The notes under the pieces were generated by a model, which saw nothing but the letters and a program-made list of their open reading frames with translations, was not told the origin of the DNA and did no database searches. The position numbers were made by a program, and so were the translations under genes. 64,000 nt of DNA, from assembly GCA_041650915.1 (NCBI GenBank), contig JBAZKE010000001.1, positions 119,770 through 183,769 of the forward strand, in the 5' to 3' direction. Numbering within the stretch: position 1 is the stretch's first letter; each line of letters starts with the position of its first letter. This DNA comes from Patescibacteria group bacterium. GTDB taxonomy: Bacteria > Patescibacteriota > Patescibacteriia > UBA10025 > JAHIVO01. Shown in pieces: positions 19,799-30,981 of this stretch.

Positions 19799-19825
19799 TT
19801 AGCACTCTTAATATTTGAGTGCTAA
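19799..19825 (+). promoter_or_regulatory. CIRCE element (HrcA operator)
   Basis: Exact TTAGCACTC-N9-GAGTGCTAA upstream of groES. Confidence 0.97.
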
Positions 19826-19877
19826 TTTCAGCCAAAAAGTATTGAATCTAAGCTAAAAAATAATTAAGTAAGGCACT

Positions 19878-20153
19878 ATGAAACTAAAACCACTAGGCGA
19901 CCGTGTGATCGTAAAACCGGTAACCGACGAAGAGGTTACGAAATCAGGGATCGTACTTCCCGACACCGTTGAGAAGGAGAAGAAAGAGGAGGGCGAAGTG
20001 ATCGCAGTCGGCGACGGTGAAAAAATTTCCAAGCTCAAGCTGAAAAAAGGCGATAAGGTCATCTTTGGCAAGTACTCCGGAGAAGAGGTAACGCTGGACG
20101 ACGTAGAGTACAAGGTGCTGAAGGAGGATGACGTCCTCGCCAAGATTGAGTAG
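19878..20153 (+). CDS. groES: co-chaperonin GroES
   Basis: LKPLGDRVIVK, TKSGIVLPDT, GDKVIFGKYSG. Confidence 0.98.
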   Translation: MKLKPLGDRVIVKPVTDEEVTKSGIVLPDTVEKEKKEEGEVIAVGDGEKISKLKLKKGDKVIFGKYSGEEVTLDDVEYKVLKEDDVLAKIE

Positions 20154-20161
20154 TTTTTTAA

Positions 20162-21829
<1,668 letters not shown>

Positions 21830-21850
21830 CATTTCATTCATTGGATATGG

Positions 21851-21878
21851 AAAGCCCCCGAACGATCGGGGGCTTTTT
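21851..21878 (+). terminator. intrinsic terminator of groESL
   Basis: aaagcccccga-acga-tcgggggcttt plus T run. Confidence 0.85.
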
Positions 21879-21955
21879 GGCATGATTGCGGTAATGACGT
21901 TTGTCAACGGTGCCCAAATTTACTATACTTTAGGTAATGTAGCGAGAATATTTCT

Positions 21956-22447
21956 ATGGTTGATTACTCAACGCATACGAGTGCAGTCGAAGCTGGAGAT
22001 GAGGCAGATTCGCTGATTGCCGGTAAGAGCTTGGCGTTCTACTGGCGGGCGAGCAGGTTTTTTATCGTCGTACTCGCAGCCGCGACGGCCGCCTGTGAAA
22101 TCTATGAAGTGTCACGGTACATCAGGTGGGGATCGCTCGCGGTTATCTGCGTGCTGTTCTGTTCGTGGCTCATCGTCCGGTTCAACCTCAAGCTCGCAAC
22201 GGTACTCGCTGCCGCTGTTTACCTCGGCGCAATCACCGGCCTGGTGGTGGCGCTTTTTGATATTGTTTGGTACCATCAGTGGTGGTACCTGCTCAATATA
22301 ATTCGTAAACCGTTTATACTCGGTGGGATCAGCGTTGTTGCCGGTTTCGTTACATACCTGGTGCTGCAGAGCATCCGCACACGGGGCAACGCCGCAACAC
22401 CGAAAGGAGGTGGCACGTATGGAAGAACAAAAAAGCCAATCCGCTAG
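21956..22447 (+). CDS. hypothetical membrane protein (about 4 TM)
   Basis: Hydrophobic ORF between groEL and the DUF4870 pair. Confidence 0.65.
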   Translation: MVDYSTHTSAVEAGDEADSLIAGKSLAFYWRASRFFIVVLAAATAACEIYEVSRYIRWGSLAVICVLFCSWLIVRFNLKLATVLAAAVYLGAITGLVVALFDIVWYHQWWYLLNIIRKPFILGGISVVAGFVTYLVLQSIRTRGNAATPKGGGTYGRTKKPIR

Positions 22448-22736
22448 TACAGACAGCAACCTCATGGCAGCGCTGTCCTATGTCTGGGTTTTGAGCATCG
22501 TGATGCTGATCGTGAAGAAGGACGATGAGTTCGTCAAATTTCACGCCAAGCAGGGGACGGTGCTGTTTGTAGCGTCGATTATTGGCATGTCCCTTTCGAC
22601 CTTTGTCCTGTTTGTCGGGCCGCTGATCGGCATCGTGGTGGTTGTGCTTGAAATTTTCGGTTTCATCAAGGCGCTGTCCGGCGAGCGGTACAAGGTGCCG
22701 GTGGTAGGTGATCTCGCAGAAAAAATTAAGCTATAA
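22419..22736 (+). CDS. DUF4870-like membrane protein, copy 1
   Basis: AALSY...FVKFHAKQG...GERYKVPVVGD; SD aaaggagg. Confidence 0.85.
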   Translation: MEEQKSQSASTDSNLMAALSYVWVLSIVMLIVKKDDEFVKFHAKQGTVLFVASIIGMSLSTFVLFVGPLIGIVVVVLEIFGFIKALSGERYKVPVVGDLAEKIKL

Positions 22737-22795
22737 AAAATGTGCCGGGTTTATGGCCGGCGCATTCCTGCATTAAAATACTAACAGAGAAAGCA

Positions 22796-23119
22796 ATGGA
22801 AGAAAAGAAAGAAGAAAAGAAGCCTGAGGGCGCGCAGCCCGCTTCAAAAAATTCCGACAGCAACCTCATGGCAGCGCTGTCCTATGTCTGGGTTTTGAGC
22901 GTCGTGATGCTCGTCATTAAAAAGGACGATGAGTTCGTCAAATTTCACGCCAAGCAGGGGCTCGTGCTGTTCCTCGCGTCGTGGCTTGCCTGGATCCCCG
23001 CCATCGGGTGGGCGCTCGGGCTCGTCATCGTCGTGCTGGTCATCATCGGCTTCCTCAAGGCGCAGTCCGGCGAGCGATATAAGATGCCAGTGGTCGGTGA
23101 CATCGCAGAAAAATTTTAG
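22796..23119 (+). CDS. DUF4870-like membrane protein, copy 2
   Basis: Same motifs as copy 1, with long stretches of identical DNA. Confidence 0.85.
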   Translation: MEEKKEEKKPEGAQPASKNSDSNLMAALSYVWVLSVVMLVIKKDDEFVKFHAKQGLVLFLASWLAWIPAIGWALGLVIVVLVIIGFLKAQSGERYKMPVVGDIAEKF

Positions 23120-23223
23120 CAGATTCCGAACATCACAACCGATACAGGAGCTTACACTTCAGCTGTTAAGCTCCTTGTGGTATAATGAGAGCCATCGAGT
23201 TAATACGTAACAAATTTTATCGT

Positions 23224-25641
23224 ATGGCAACAGCACGGTCCAAGAAGCTCATCCTTTGGTTCAATGAGTTGGGGATCAAGGATGTTCCGCTCGTCGGCGG
23301 CAAGAACGCTTCGCTCGGCGAGATGTACCGCAACCTTACGAAAAAAGGCGTGAGCATTCCCAATGGCTATGCAGTGACCGCAGCAGCCTATTTTTATATA
23401 TTGGATAAAGCAGGCATCCGTGATGATGTAAAGCGGGTATTGAAAGATCTCAATACCCATAACCTCCGCAATTTGCAGGAGCGGGGCCGCAAGGTACGCC
23501 ATCTTATTTTAACAGCAAAATTCCCTGCTGATTTGGAGCAGGAAATAATCGCCAACTACCGGAAACTTGAGCGGCAGTACGGAAAAAACGTGGATGTGGC
23601 GGTCCGCTCGTCCGCCACGGCCGAAGACCTTCCGGATGCGTCATTTGCAGGCCAGCAGGAAACGTATCTGAATATCCGCGGCCCGAAAGCCTTGATTGCG
23701 GCGTGCCATCGGTGTTTTGCGTCGTTGTTTACCGATCGCGCGATTTCATACCGCGAGGATAAGCATTTTGACCATTTTTCGATCGGCTTGTCGATCGCAG
23801 TCCAGAAGATGGTGCGCTCGGATAAAGCCGCGTCGGGCGTCATGTTTTCGATCGACACCGAATCCGGGCACAAGGACATGGTGCTGATCAATGCAGCGTA
23901 CGGCCTCGGTGAAAACGTGGTGCAGGGCGCGGTCAGCCCGGATGAGTTTTACGTGCACAAGCCTACGCTGAAAAAAGGGTTTCGGCCGATCGTATCCAAA
24001 ACATTGGGCACCAAGCGCATCAAGATGGTGTATGCGACGGGCGCCAGACCCACGAAGAATATTCCGGTTCCGAATCGCGATCGCATGCGCTATTGCATCA
24101 CTGATAATGAGATTTTGACCCTTGCGCGGTGGGCTGCAATTATTGAAGACCATTATTCAAAAGAGGCCGGCCATTTCAAGCCGATGGACATGGAATGGGC
24201 AAAGGACGGACAGACCGGCAAGCTGTTTATCGTCCAGGCGCGGCCAGAGACGGTCGTTTCACAGCGCAATGCGAACGTATTGGAGGAATACACTTTGGTT
24301 AAGCCGGGCAAGATATTGGTTTCCGGGTCTCCGGTCGGCCAGAAGATCGGAGCCGGCCGCGCGAACGTGATCAAGGACGTGGGCGGCATCCATTCGTTCC
24401 AAAAAGGCGATGTGCTCGTTACCCACATGACAGACCCTGACTGGGAGCCGATCATGAAGATCGCGTCCGCGATCGTTACCAACGAGGGCGGCCGCACGTC
24501 GCACGCGGCAATCGTTTCCCGCGAGCTCGGGATTCCCGCGATCGTCGGTTCGGAAAACGCGACCCGGAAAATTAAAACCAACCAGCACGTGACCGTCAGC
24601 TGCGCGGAAGGGGATGTCGGCCATGTGTACGCGGGCAAGCTGCCGTTCAAGGTAAAGCGCACGAACCTGTCGAAGATGGGCCGGCCGAAATATACGAAGG
24701 TTAAAATGATTTTCGGTACGCCGGAAATGGCGTTTCGGACTGCGCAGGTGCCGAATGACGGCGTCGGTTTGGCCCGGCAGGAATTCATCATCAATTCGTA
24801 CATCAAGATACACCCGATGGCCCTGATCAATTTCAAGAGTTTAAAGGATGCGAAAGCAAGGAAAACCATCGAAGCGCTGACAATCGGATACGCCGACAAA
24901 AAGCAGTACTACATCGATAAACTGGGATACGGCATCGCGACCATCGCGGCAGCGTTTTATCCCAATGAGGTTATTGTCCGGCTGTCCGATTTCCGGTCCA
25001 ATGAATACGCTGATTTGGTCGGCGGCCATGAATTCGAACCGGTCGAGCGCAACCCGATGATCGGCTGGCGCGGGGCGTCCCGGTACTATGATCCTGACTA
25101 CCGTCCGGCGTTTGACCTGGAGTGCAAAGCCCTCAAATACGTGCGGGATGTCATGGGATTGACGAACGTCAAGGTCATGATTCCGTTTTGCCGCACTATT
25201 GAGGAAGCGGTCAAGGTAAAGAAAGCAATGGCAGACAACGGCCTCAAGCAGCACGTGAACGGGCTTGAGCTGTATGTGATGTGCGAGATTCCGTCCAATG
25301 TCGTTCTCGCGGACCAGTTTTCAAAGATTGTCGACGGCTTCTCAATCGGCTCCAATGACCTCACCCAGCTCACGCTCGGGCTTGACCGCGATGCGGGCAT
25401 GCTGACCCACGTCGGCGATGAAACAAATGAGGCGGTGAAGCGCCTTATTGCCCAGGTTATCCATACTGCGCGCACGTACAAGCGGGATATCGGCATCTGC
25501 GGCCAGGCGCCGTCCGACCATCCTGGGTACGCAGAGTTTCTGGCAAAAGAAGGCATCAACAGCGTTTCGGTGACGCCGGACCGGGTGATTAAAACGACGA
25601 TGAATATCCTGAAGCTCGAGAAGAAAAAGAGGAAGCGGTAG
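23224..25641 (+). CDS. ppsA: phosphoenolpyruvate synthase
   Basis: VGGKNASLGEM, VAVRSSATAEDLPDASFAGQQET, GGRTSHAAIVSRELG, FSIGSNDLTQ. Confidence 0.97.
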   Translation: MATARSKKLILWFNELGIKDVPLVGGKNASLGEMYRNLTKKGVSIPNGYAVTAAAYFYILDKAGIRDDVKRVLKDLNTHNLRNLQERGRKVRHLILTAKFPADLEQEIIANYRKLERQYGKNVDVAVRSSATAEDLPDASFAGQQETYLNIRGPKALIAACHRCFASLFTDRAISYREDKHFDHFSIGLSIAVQKMVRSDKAASGVMFSIDTESGHKDMVLINAAYGLGENVVQGAVSPDEFYVHKPTLKKGFRPIVSKTLGTKRIKMVYATGARPTKNIPVPNRDRMRYCITDNEILTLARWAAIIEDHYSKEAGHFKPMDMEWAKDGQTGKLFIVQARPETVVSQRNANVLEEYTLVKPGKILVSGSPVGQKIGAGRANVIKDVGGIHSFQKGDVLVTHMTDPDWEPIMKIASAIVTNEGGRTSHAAIVSRELGIPAIVGSENATRKIKTNQHVTVSCAEGDVGHVYAGKLPFKVKRTNLSKMGRPKYTKVKMIFGTPEMAFRTAQVPNDGVGLARQEFIINSYIKIHPMALINFKSLKDAKARKTIEALTIGYADKKQYYIDKLGYGIATIAAAFYPNEVIVRLSDFRSNEYADLVGGHEFEPVERNPMIGWRGASRYYDPDYRPAFDLECKALKYVRDVMGLTNVKVMIPFCRTIEEAVKVKKAMADNGLKQHVNGLELYVMCEIPSNVVLADQFSKIVDGFSIGSNDLTQLTLGLDRDAGMLTHVGDETNEAVKRLIAQVIHTARTYKRDIGICGQAPSDHPGYAEFLAKEGINSVSVTPDRVIKTTMNILKLEKKKRKR

Positions 25642-25666
25642 CCATGATGCGACATATTAAAAAAAA

Positions 25667-25697
25667 GAGGGGCAGTGGCATGAACACTGTCCCTTTT
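25667..25697. terminator. probable bidirectional terminator after ppsA
   Basis: A run, gaggggcagtg/cactgtccctt stem, T run. Confidence 0.55.
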
Positions 25698-25833
25698 CGC
25701 ATTGCTAAATTTCACAGTACTTTACCGCTTGTCAGCGCGCGAGATGCATCCCGGACGTCACGAGACGTTAATCGCACAACGCACGATTGTGAGGAAACGG
25801 ATCTCTTTGCTGAGAAGCTCATGCTGGCTTTTA

Positions 25834-26094
25834 TTAAAGTACTGTGCCGCGCATGCCAGGTCCAGCCAACGCCGAAGCATTGACCGACGATTCTCCACCG
25901 ATGAAGATCGTTCGACCGGACGTTGCCCCCGTCATGGCAGGTGAATAGGCATCCACCGCCTGAATAGTGAGAGCATCATCCGGATGCCTTACAGTTTGAT
26001 CACACCAAGGCAACCATACTGTAAGTATACCTGCGTCTATGCACGGAAGAGCTATCATTCCTAACACGCAGAGCGTGTCAATGAATGGGGACAT
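25834..26094 (-). CDS. hypothetical protein
   Basis: Strong SD ggaggt before ATG; hydrophobic N-terminus; no recognised family. Confidence 0.45.
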   Translation of the reverse strand: MSPFIDTLCVLGMIALPCIDAGILTVWLPWCDQTVRHPDDALTIQAVDAYSPAMTGATSGRTIFIGGESSVNASALAGPGMRGTVL

Positions 26095-26339
26095 ACTTGC
26101 ACCTCCGTACCTGTCGGCATATTAGCTAAACTGGGTAATTTGTCAATAGTTACGCGAAGATTGAATTGTTGACAGACTGTTAATACCGTTGCGTACTTGC
26201 ACGCTCAGTGCTATGGTATACTGGCTTTAGGCACTTTTTTGCCTGCAGCAGGCACATTCGGGGAGGTTGTCCTTCGGCCGCTGCGGTCTCAGGATAAATT
26301 CCGTGGCTGGGTTGTTTTTTAAAAAAGTGTTGTGCGCCT

Positions 26340-26426
26340 GGAGGCGTGCCAGAGTGGTTGAATGGGCGTCCCTGGAAAGGACGTATACCTTCACGGGTAT
26401 CAGGGGTTCGAATCCTCTCGCCTCCG
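26340..26426 (+). tRNA. tRNA-Ser(GGA)
   Basis: GGAGGCGTGCCAGAGTGGTTGAATGGG-CGTCC-CTGGAAA-GGACG...GGGGTTCGAATCCTCTCGCCTCCG; long variable arm. Confidence 0.95.
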
Positions 26427-26606
26427 AATCCACGCCCTGACGAATGTCAGGGCCCCTCTGTCATCAAATATCCAGTTTTTCAGAAGGTACAATTAATTCG
26501 CAACGCTGATACCTTTGCTCCATTCATCCTGAATCAAATCTGATTTCTCCATGCGCATCGGAGTAAAAAGCGGGCTGCAGCCAGCCCGTAGCGCTATAGC
26601 ATATCC

Positions 26607-28403
26607 ATGCCAGACAATATCGAGGAAATTAAATCAAAGGTCGACGTTGTCGACCTCATACAGGAGTACATACAGCTCAAACCGGCGGGGACAAACAGCT
26701 TCAAGGCAAATTGCCCCTTCCACAATGAGAAGACGCCGTCGTTTGTCGTATCGCGCGATAAGCAGATATGGCACTGCTTCGGGTGCGGCGAAGGCGGTGA
26801 TATTTTTACTTTTGTCCAGCAGATGGAGGGCCTCGAATTTCCCGAAGCGCTCCGCATGCTCGCCAGAAAAGCGGGCGTCCAGCTCCAGTACCAGGATCCG
26901 GCGATCAGCAGCCGGAAAACGAAGCTCTACGATATCTGCAAAGCGGCTGCCGATTTTTACCACAAGTTGCTGCTCGACCACCCGAAGGCGCAGTTCGTGA
27001 GGGAGTATCTCGGGAAGCGGGGCGTGTCTGGCGAAACGGTTAGCCGGTGGCAGCTCGGGTACGCGCCCGATGCGTGGGATGTTCTCTCTGCGTACCTCAA
27101 AAAGAAGTATCCGGAGGACGACATCTTCCAGGCTGGCCTCACGCTCAAGAAGGATCGGGGAGTCGGGTTCAATGACCGGTTCCGCAACCGCCTCATGTTT
27201 CCGATCTGGGATACGAACGGCAATACCGTCGGATTCGGCGGCCGGTGGCTCGGGAAGGAGGAGAACATCGCAAAGTACATCAATACCCCGCAGACCATCA
27301 TCTACAATAAGAGCAACGTACTGTACGGCATCGATAAGGCAAAGACTGACATTAAGAAGTCTAAGCTTGCGGTCGTCGTTGAAGGCTATATGGACTGCAT
27401 CGCATCGCACCAGGCGGGCGTTACGAACGTTGTTGCTTCATCGGGCACGGCGCTGACGCCGGACCAGGTGCGGCTCCTCAAGCGATTCACGTCGCATATC
27501 GCGTTCGCTTTTGACCAGGATCTCGCGGGGGACACCGCAGCGAAGCGGGGAATTGAGGTCGCATGGCAGGAAGAGATGAGCACGAAGGTTATCCTGCTGC
27601 CGGGCGCATCCAAGGATCCCGATGAGCTCATCAAAGAGCAGGGCGTCGGCGTGTGGAAGCGGGCGATACAAGAGGCGCAATCGGTCATGGATTACTACTT
27701 TGAGTCGACACTCAAGAATGTCGACGCGACTGACGTTGAGGTGAAGAAGAGCGCAGCAAAAACGCTGCTGCCGGTAATTGCAAAGCTCGTCGACCAGATA
27801 GAGCAAACGCACTATCTGCAGAAGCTTGCGACGACGCTCCGTGTCGACGAGCGCGTGCTCCGCGATAAGCTCGGCCAGCTCAGGGCGAAAGCCTTGCGTC
27901 CCTCAGCGCCCGCAGCAAACCTCCATGAAAAAAAGAATATCGACCGTTTTCACACGCTCGCGGAGAGCGTGGTCGGCATAGCGCTTAATTATCCCGATCT
28001 CGTTCCGCGCATCAGCGAGACGTTGCCTCCTGACTATATCCAGGATGAACAGCTGCGCCGACTTTACAAACAGGCGATAGTTTATTATACTGAAAAGCAC
28101 ATTTTTGATTACCGGGCTTTTCTCAAAATGCTCGGATCGGCGGATGGTGGCGCAAGCCTCAGAACGTACGCTGAGGTACTCTCGCTCCGCGTGGAGCATG
28201 AGTATGCAAGCCTCGATGAAAGGTCTCTTGAGCAGCTCGTTACGCACGGTATACGAGAGCTCAAGGCGCAGCACGTACGCTCCGCGCTCCGCGATGTTGA
28301 GGCGCAGCTACGCGAGGCTGAGGCGAATCGCAATTCAGCAGCGGTAGATCAGCTGAGCGCCCGGTTTACCGAGCTTACCGCCGAGCTTAAGCAGTCGGAG
28401 TAG
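26607..28403 (+). CDS. dnaG: DNA primase
   Basis: CPFHNEKTPSF...HCFGC Zn finger, AKYINTPQT, VVEGYMD, DQDLAG TOPRIM. Confidence 0.98.
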   Translation: MPDNIEEIKSKVDVVDLIQEYIQLKPAGTNSFKANCPFHNEKTPSFVVSRDKQIWHCFGCGEGGDIFTFVQQMEGLEFPEALRMLARKAGVQLQYQDPAISSRKTKLYDICKAAADFYHKLLLDHPKAQFVREYLGKRGVSGETVSRWQLGYAPDAWDVLSAYLKKKYPEDDIFQAGLTLKKDRGVGFNDRFRNRLMFPIWDTNGNTVGFGGRWLGKEENIAKYINTPQTIIYNKSNVLYGIDKAKTDIKKSKLAVVVEGYMDCIASHQAGVTNVVASSGTALTPDQVRLLKRFTSHIAFAFDQDLAGDTAAKRGIEVAWQEEMSTKVILLPGASKDPDELIKEQGVGVWKRAIQEAQSVMDYYFESTLKNVDATDVEVKKSAAKTLLPVIAKLVDQIEQTHYLQKLATTLRVDERVLRDKLGQLRAKALRPSAPAANLHEKKNIDRFHTLAESVVGIALNYPDLVPRISETLPPDYIQDEQLRRLYKQAIVYYTEKHIFDYRAFLKMLGSADGGASLRTYAEVLSLRVEHEYASLDERSLEQLVTHGIRELKAQHVRSALRDVEAQLREAEANRNSAAVDQLSARFTELTAELKQSE

Positions 28404-28432
28404 CCCCTTTTTCTTTATTGTAATGATCTGAT

Positions 28433-29704
28433 ATGCCAATTAAGGCGAAAACGAAAGCAAAAAAGACAATCAAGCATACAACGAAGGCGAATAAAAAAAC
28501 TCGGGCAGCTCGCGCACCGGCACAGAAAAAAACAACCCACCGTAAGGCATCGGTAAAAAGGGGAGGGACACAGGGGACTAGCCGAACAGCCCTCAAGAAA
28601 AGAGCATCCGCGAAAAAGGTTGTGCTCGATCTTAGGAAGCTCGAAAAGCTGTATGCAAAGGGGCATTCGCGCGGTTTCGTTACCGAGACGGAGATCCTCT
28701 ATACGTTTCCCGAGCTAGAAGAGTACGTTGCTCAGTACGAGGATTTTTTGGAACAGCTCGAAACAGGCGGCGTCCAGGTTGTGGAGAATACCGGCAATAT
28801 TCTCGATGATCGGCAGTCGATCCTGGACGAGAAGCCGAAGAAAGAGGTCGACCGCCGCCGGCTCGATCTTTCTGATATTTCAAACGATTCTATCCAGATG
28901 TACCTGCGGGAGATCGGTAAGGTACCGTTGCTCAAACAGGAGGAGGAGCTCCAGCTCGCCAAGCGGAAGGAGAAGGGAGACGTGGAAGCGCAGCGCAAGC
29001 TCGTTGAAGCAAACCTCCGGCTCGTTGTCTCGATCGGCAAGAAGTTTACCGGCCGCTCCCTCTCGCTCCTCGATCTGATCCAGGAGGGCAACATCGGCCT
29101 CTTCCGTGCGGTGGAGAAGTTTGATTACCGCAAGGGGTATAAATTTTCTACCTACGCGACGTGGTGGATCCGCCAGGCGATCACGAGAGCGCTCGCCGAC
29201 CAATCACGCACTATCCGCATCCCCGTGCATATGGTTGAAACGATCAACCGCTTCCAGCAGGTTGAGCGCCAGCTAATCCAGGATCTCGGCCGGGAGCCGC
29301 TTCCGGAGGAGATTGCGGCCGAGATGGGCGAACCGGTTGACAAGATACACCATATTATGAAAATATCCCAGGACACGGTCTCGCTCGAGACATCGGTTGG
29401 CGACAGCGACGACGAGGATTCAGTGCTCGGTGACTTTATTGAGGATGTGAAGACGATCACGCCGGACCGTGTCGCTGCGATGCAGCTGCTCAAAGACCAC
29501 GTCCGCGAGATCATCAGGGAGCTCTCAGCCCGTGAACAGAAGATCCTCGAGATGCGGTTTGGGCTGCAGGACGGCGTTTCACACACGCTTGAAGAGGTTG
29601 GCCAAGAGTTCGGCGTTACCCGCGAGCGCATCCGCCAGATTGAAGCAAAGGCGCTCGAAAAGATTGAGGAGCACAAAGGCATGAAGAAACTGCGCGATTA
29701 TTAA
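28433..29704 (+). CDS. rpoD: primary sigma factor with Lys/Arg-rich N-terminal extension
   Basis: [56 protein letters not shown]; dnaG-rpoD synteny. Confidence 0.97.
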   Translation: MPIKAKTKAKKTIKHTTKANKKTRAARAPAQKKTTHRKASVKRGGTQGTSRTALKKRASAKKVVLDLRKLEKLYAKGHSRGFVTETEILYTFPELEEYVAQYEDFLEQLETGGVQVVENTGNILDDRQSILDEKPKKEVDRRRLDLSDISNDSIQMYLREIGKVPLLKQEEELQLAKRKEKGDVEAQRKLVEANLRLVVSIGKKFTGRSLSLLDLIQEGNIGLFRAVEKFDYRKGYKFSTYATWWIRQAITRALADQSRTIRIPVHMVETINRFQQVERQLIQDLGREPLPEEIAAEMGEPVDKIHHIMKISQDTVSLETSVGDSDDEDSVLGDFIEDVKTITPDRVAAMQLLKDHVREIIRELSAREQKILEMRFGLQDGVSHTLEEVGQEFGVTRERIRQIEAKALEKIEEHKGMKKLRDY

Positions 29705-29736
29705 AAAAGAGTTTTTCACGATCATCCCTGCACCAC

Positions 29737-30128
29737 TCCGCGATAGCTCCCCGTCATTCGACGGGGCAGGCAATGGTCACATGATACCCGCACCACTCCG
29801 CGATAGCTCAATGGTAGAGCAACCGGCTGTTAACCGGTAGGTTGTCGGTTCGAGCCCGACTCGCGGAGTGGTGCGGGGATTTTAATGTCTAGATAGCGAA
29901 ATGGGCCGAGGCAACGAAGTAAACTGAACTGCTTCAGTTCACGAGTGCCGAGGCGGGCATGGCGATGCGGGAACCGCCGACGTGCCCAGGAAGAGCAACC
30001 CCCGCCAAAGGCGGGTCAGCCTCTGGCTGAGGCTGCCTGCCCCGCCGACTGGCGGGGTTAACCGGAAGGCATGCCCCGTAGGAGCGAAGAGACTTACGGG
30101 GTTGTCGGTTCGAATCCGACTCGCGGAG
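29737..30128 (+). pseudogene. tRNA-Asn(GTT) copy split into six pieces by five insertions
   Basis: Pieces 29737-29749, 29772-29777, 29992-30000, 30031-30035, 30058-30069 and 30102-30128 join to a 72-nt tRNA matching the intact copy at 69/72 positions. Confidence 0.85.
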
Positions 30129-30202
30129 GTGATTGTTTTTTTATTGCGGAAAACGCAAAGGCTGCCTGCCTCGCACTCTAAACGGAGTGAAGAGCTGCGG
30201 GG
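29750..30202. repeat. cluster of small palindromic (REP/MITE-like) insertions, GCCTG-CCCCG...CGGGG family
   Basis: Hairpins at 29750-29771 (reverse orientation), 30001-30030, 30036-30057, 30070-30101 and about 30165-30202; most share gcctgcc/gggg ends. Confidence 0.7.
29797..29868 (+). tRNA. tRNA-Asn(GTT), copy A (no encoded CCA)
   Basis: TCCGCGATAGCTCAATGGTAGAGCAACCGGCTGTTAACCGGTAGGTTGTCGGTTCGAGCCCGACTCGCGGAG; acceptor stem extended by flanking cccgcaccac/gtggtgcggg. Confidence 0.96.
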
Positions 30203-30268
30203 TTAACCGGTAGAGGCTGCCCTGAGCGCTGGGCCGTTGTTTGGCAGTTGGTTCCTATCTTATTTACC

Positions 30269-30667
30269 CTAATCGTGATGTTGCTCGTTTGACTTATTTT
30301 CCTTGCCAAGTTTTTTCATGACGTTTTGGTTCAGCGCATTGCGCCAATTTTCCGGGTATGTTTTGGCGCTCTTGAGTAGCTCGTCGCAGAATGATGCCAC
30401 ATCCTTACCCGTAATGCTGAGCACCGGCCTGCCGTTTGCCTCGCTTTCTTCAAACAGTCCCAGTAAATCTTTCAGAATGACGACCAGGTCCATGCCGCCG
30501 CCGGCAGAAAACCTAAACATGTACTTCTTTATTTCATTATAGACAACCCGATAGTCGTTGGGCAGCGCTTTTGCGCGCGCTTCCATCTTTCTCCATTCTT
30601 TTTTATCCCCGGTGACTTTTTTAAAAAAGTTATTTATTTCTTTAAAAAAGGTAGCCATATTATTCAT
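30269..30667 (-). CDS. DUF1048 family protein
   Basis: KKEWRKMEARAKALPNDYR...LLGLFEES...ITGKDVASFCDELL; next to PadR as usual for this family. Confidence 0.88.
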   Translation of the reverse strand: MNNMATFFKEINNFFKKVTGDKKEWRKMEARAKALPNDYRVVYNEIKKYMFRFSAGGGMDLVVILKDLLGLFEESEANGRPVLSITGKDVASFCDELLKSAKTYPENWRNALNQNVMKKLGKENKSNEQHHD

Positions 30668-30981
30668 CCTTTTAGTTTATTAATGCGTGATGATACAAAT
30701 TCCCATTTCGCCCAAAACATTGCGAGTTCCTTTTTCCCCGCGTTGTTGAGTGTGTAGAATTTGCGCGGCGGGCCAATGGTGGACGATTTTTTCTTGATGT
30801 TTACGAGAGCGTCTTTCTCGATGCGCAGGAGGATGGTATATACCGTACCCTCCACGACATCTGTAAATCCAAGTTCGCGCAGCGAGGACGCGATTTCATA
30901 GCCGTAGGTCTCGCCGCGGCTGATGATCTCGAGAACGCAGCCCTCGAGCACGCCTTTGAGCATCTCAGTTAAATTTTGCAT
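30664..30981 (-). CDS. PadR family transcriptional regulator
   Basis: EMLKGVLEGCVL...ETYGYEI...EGTVYTILLRIEK...GPPRKFY; SD aaggagg. Confidence 0.92.
   Translation of the reverse strand: MQNLTEMLKGVLEGCVLEIISRGETYGYEIASSLRELGFTDVVEGTVYTILLRIEKDALVNIKKKSSTIGPPRKFYTLNNAGKKELAMFWAKWEFVSSRINKLKG

Noticed and set aside
25644-25944. Short plus-strand ORFs after ppsA
   Set aside because: They run through a terminator hairpin and overlap a minus-strand ORF with a better SD.
26200-26340. Search for a Ser-rich leader before tRNA-Ser (and a Leu-rich leader before tRNA-Leu)
   Set aside because: No cognate-codon run with a terminator was found, so the attenuator appears specific to tRNA-Asn copy B in this window.
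29730-30240. Possible CRISPR array or group I intron at the tRNA-Asn locus
   Set aside because: No equal-length repeats with spacers and no cas genes; the inserts are too short for a group I core and occur in both orientations.
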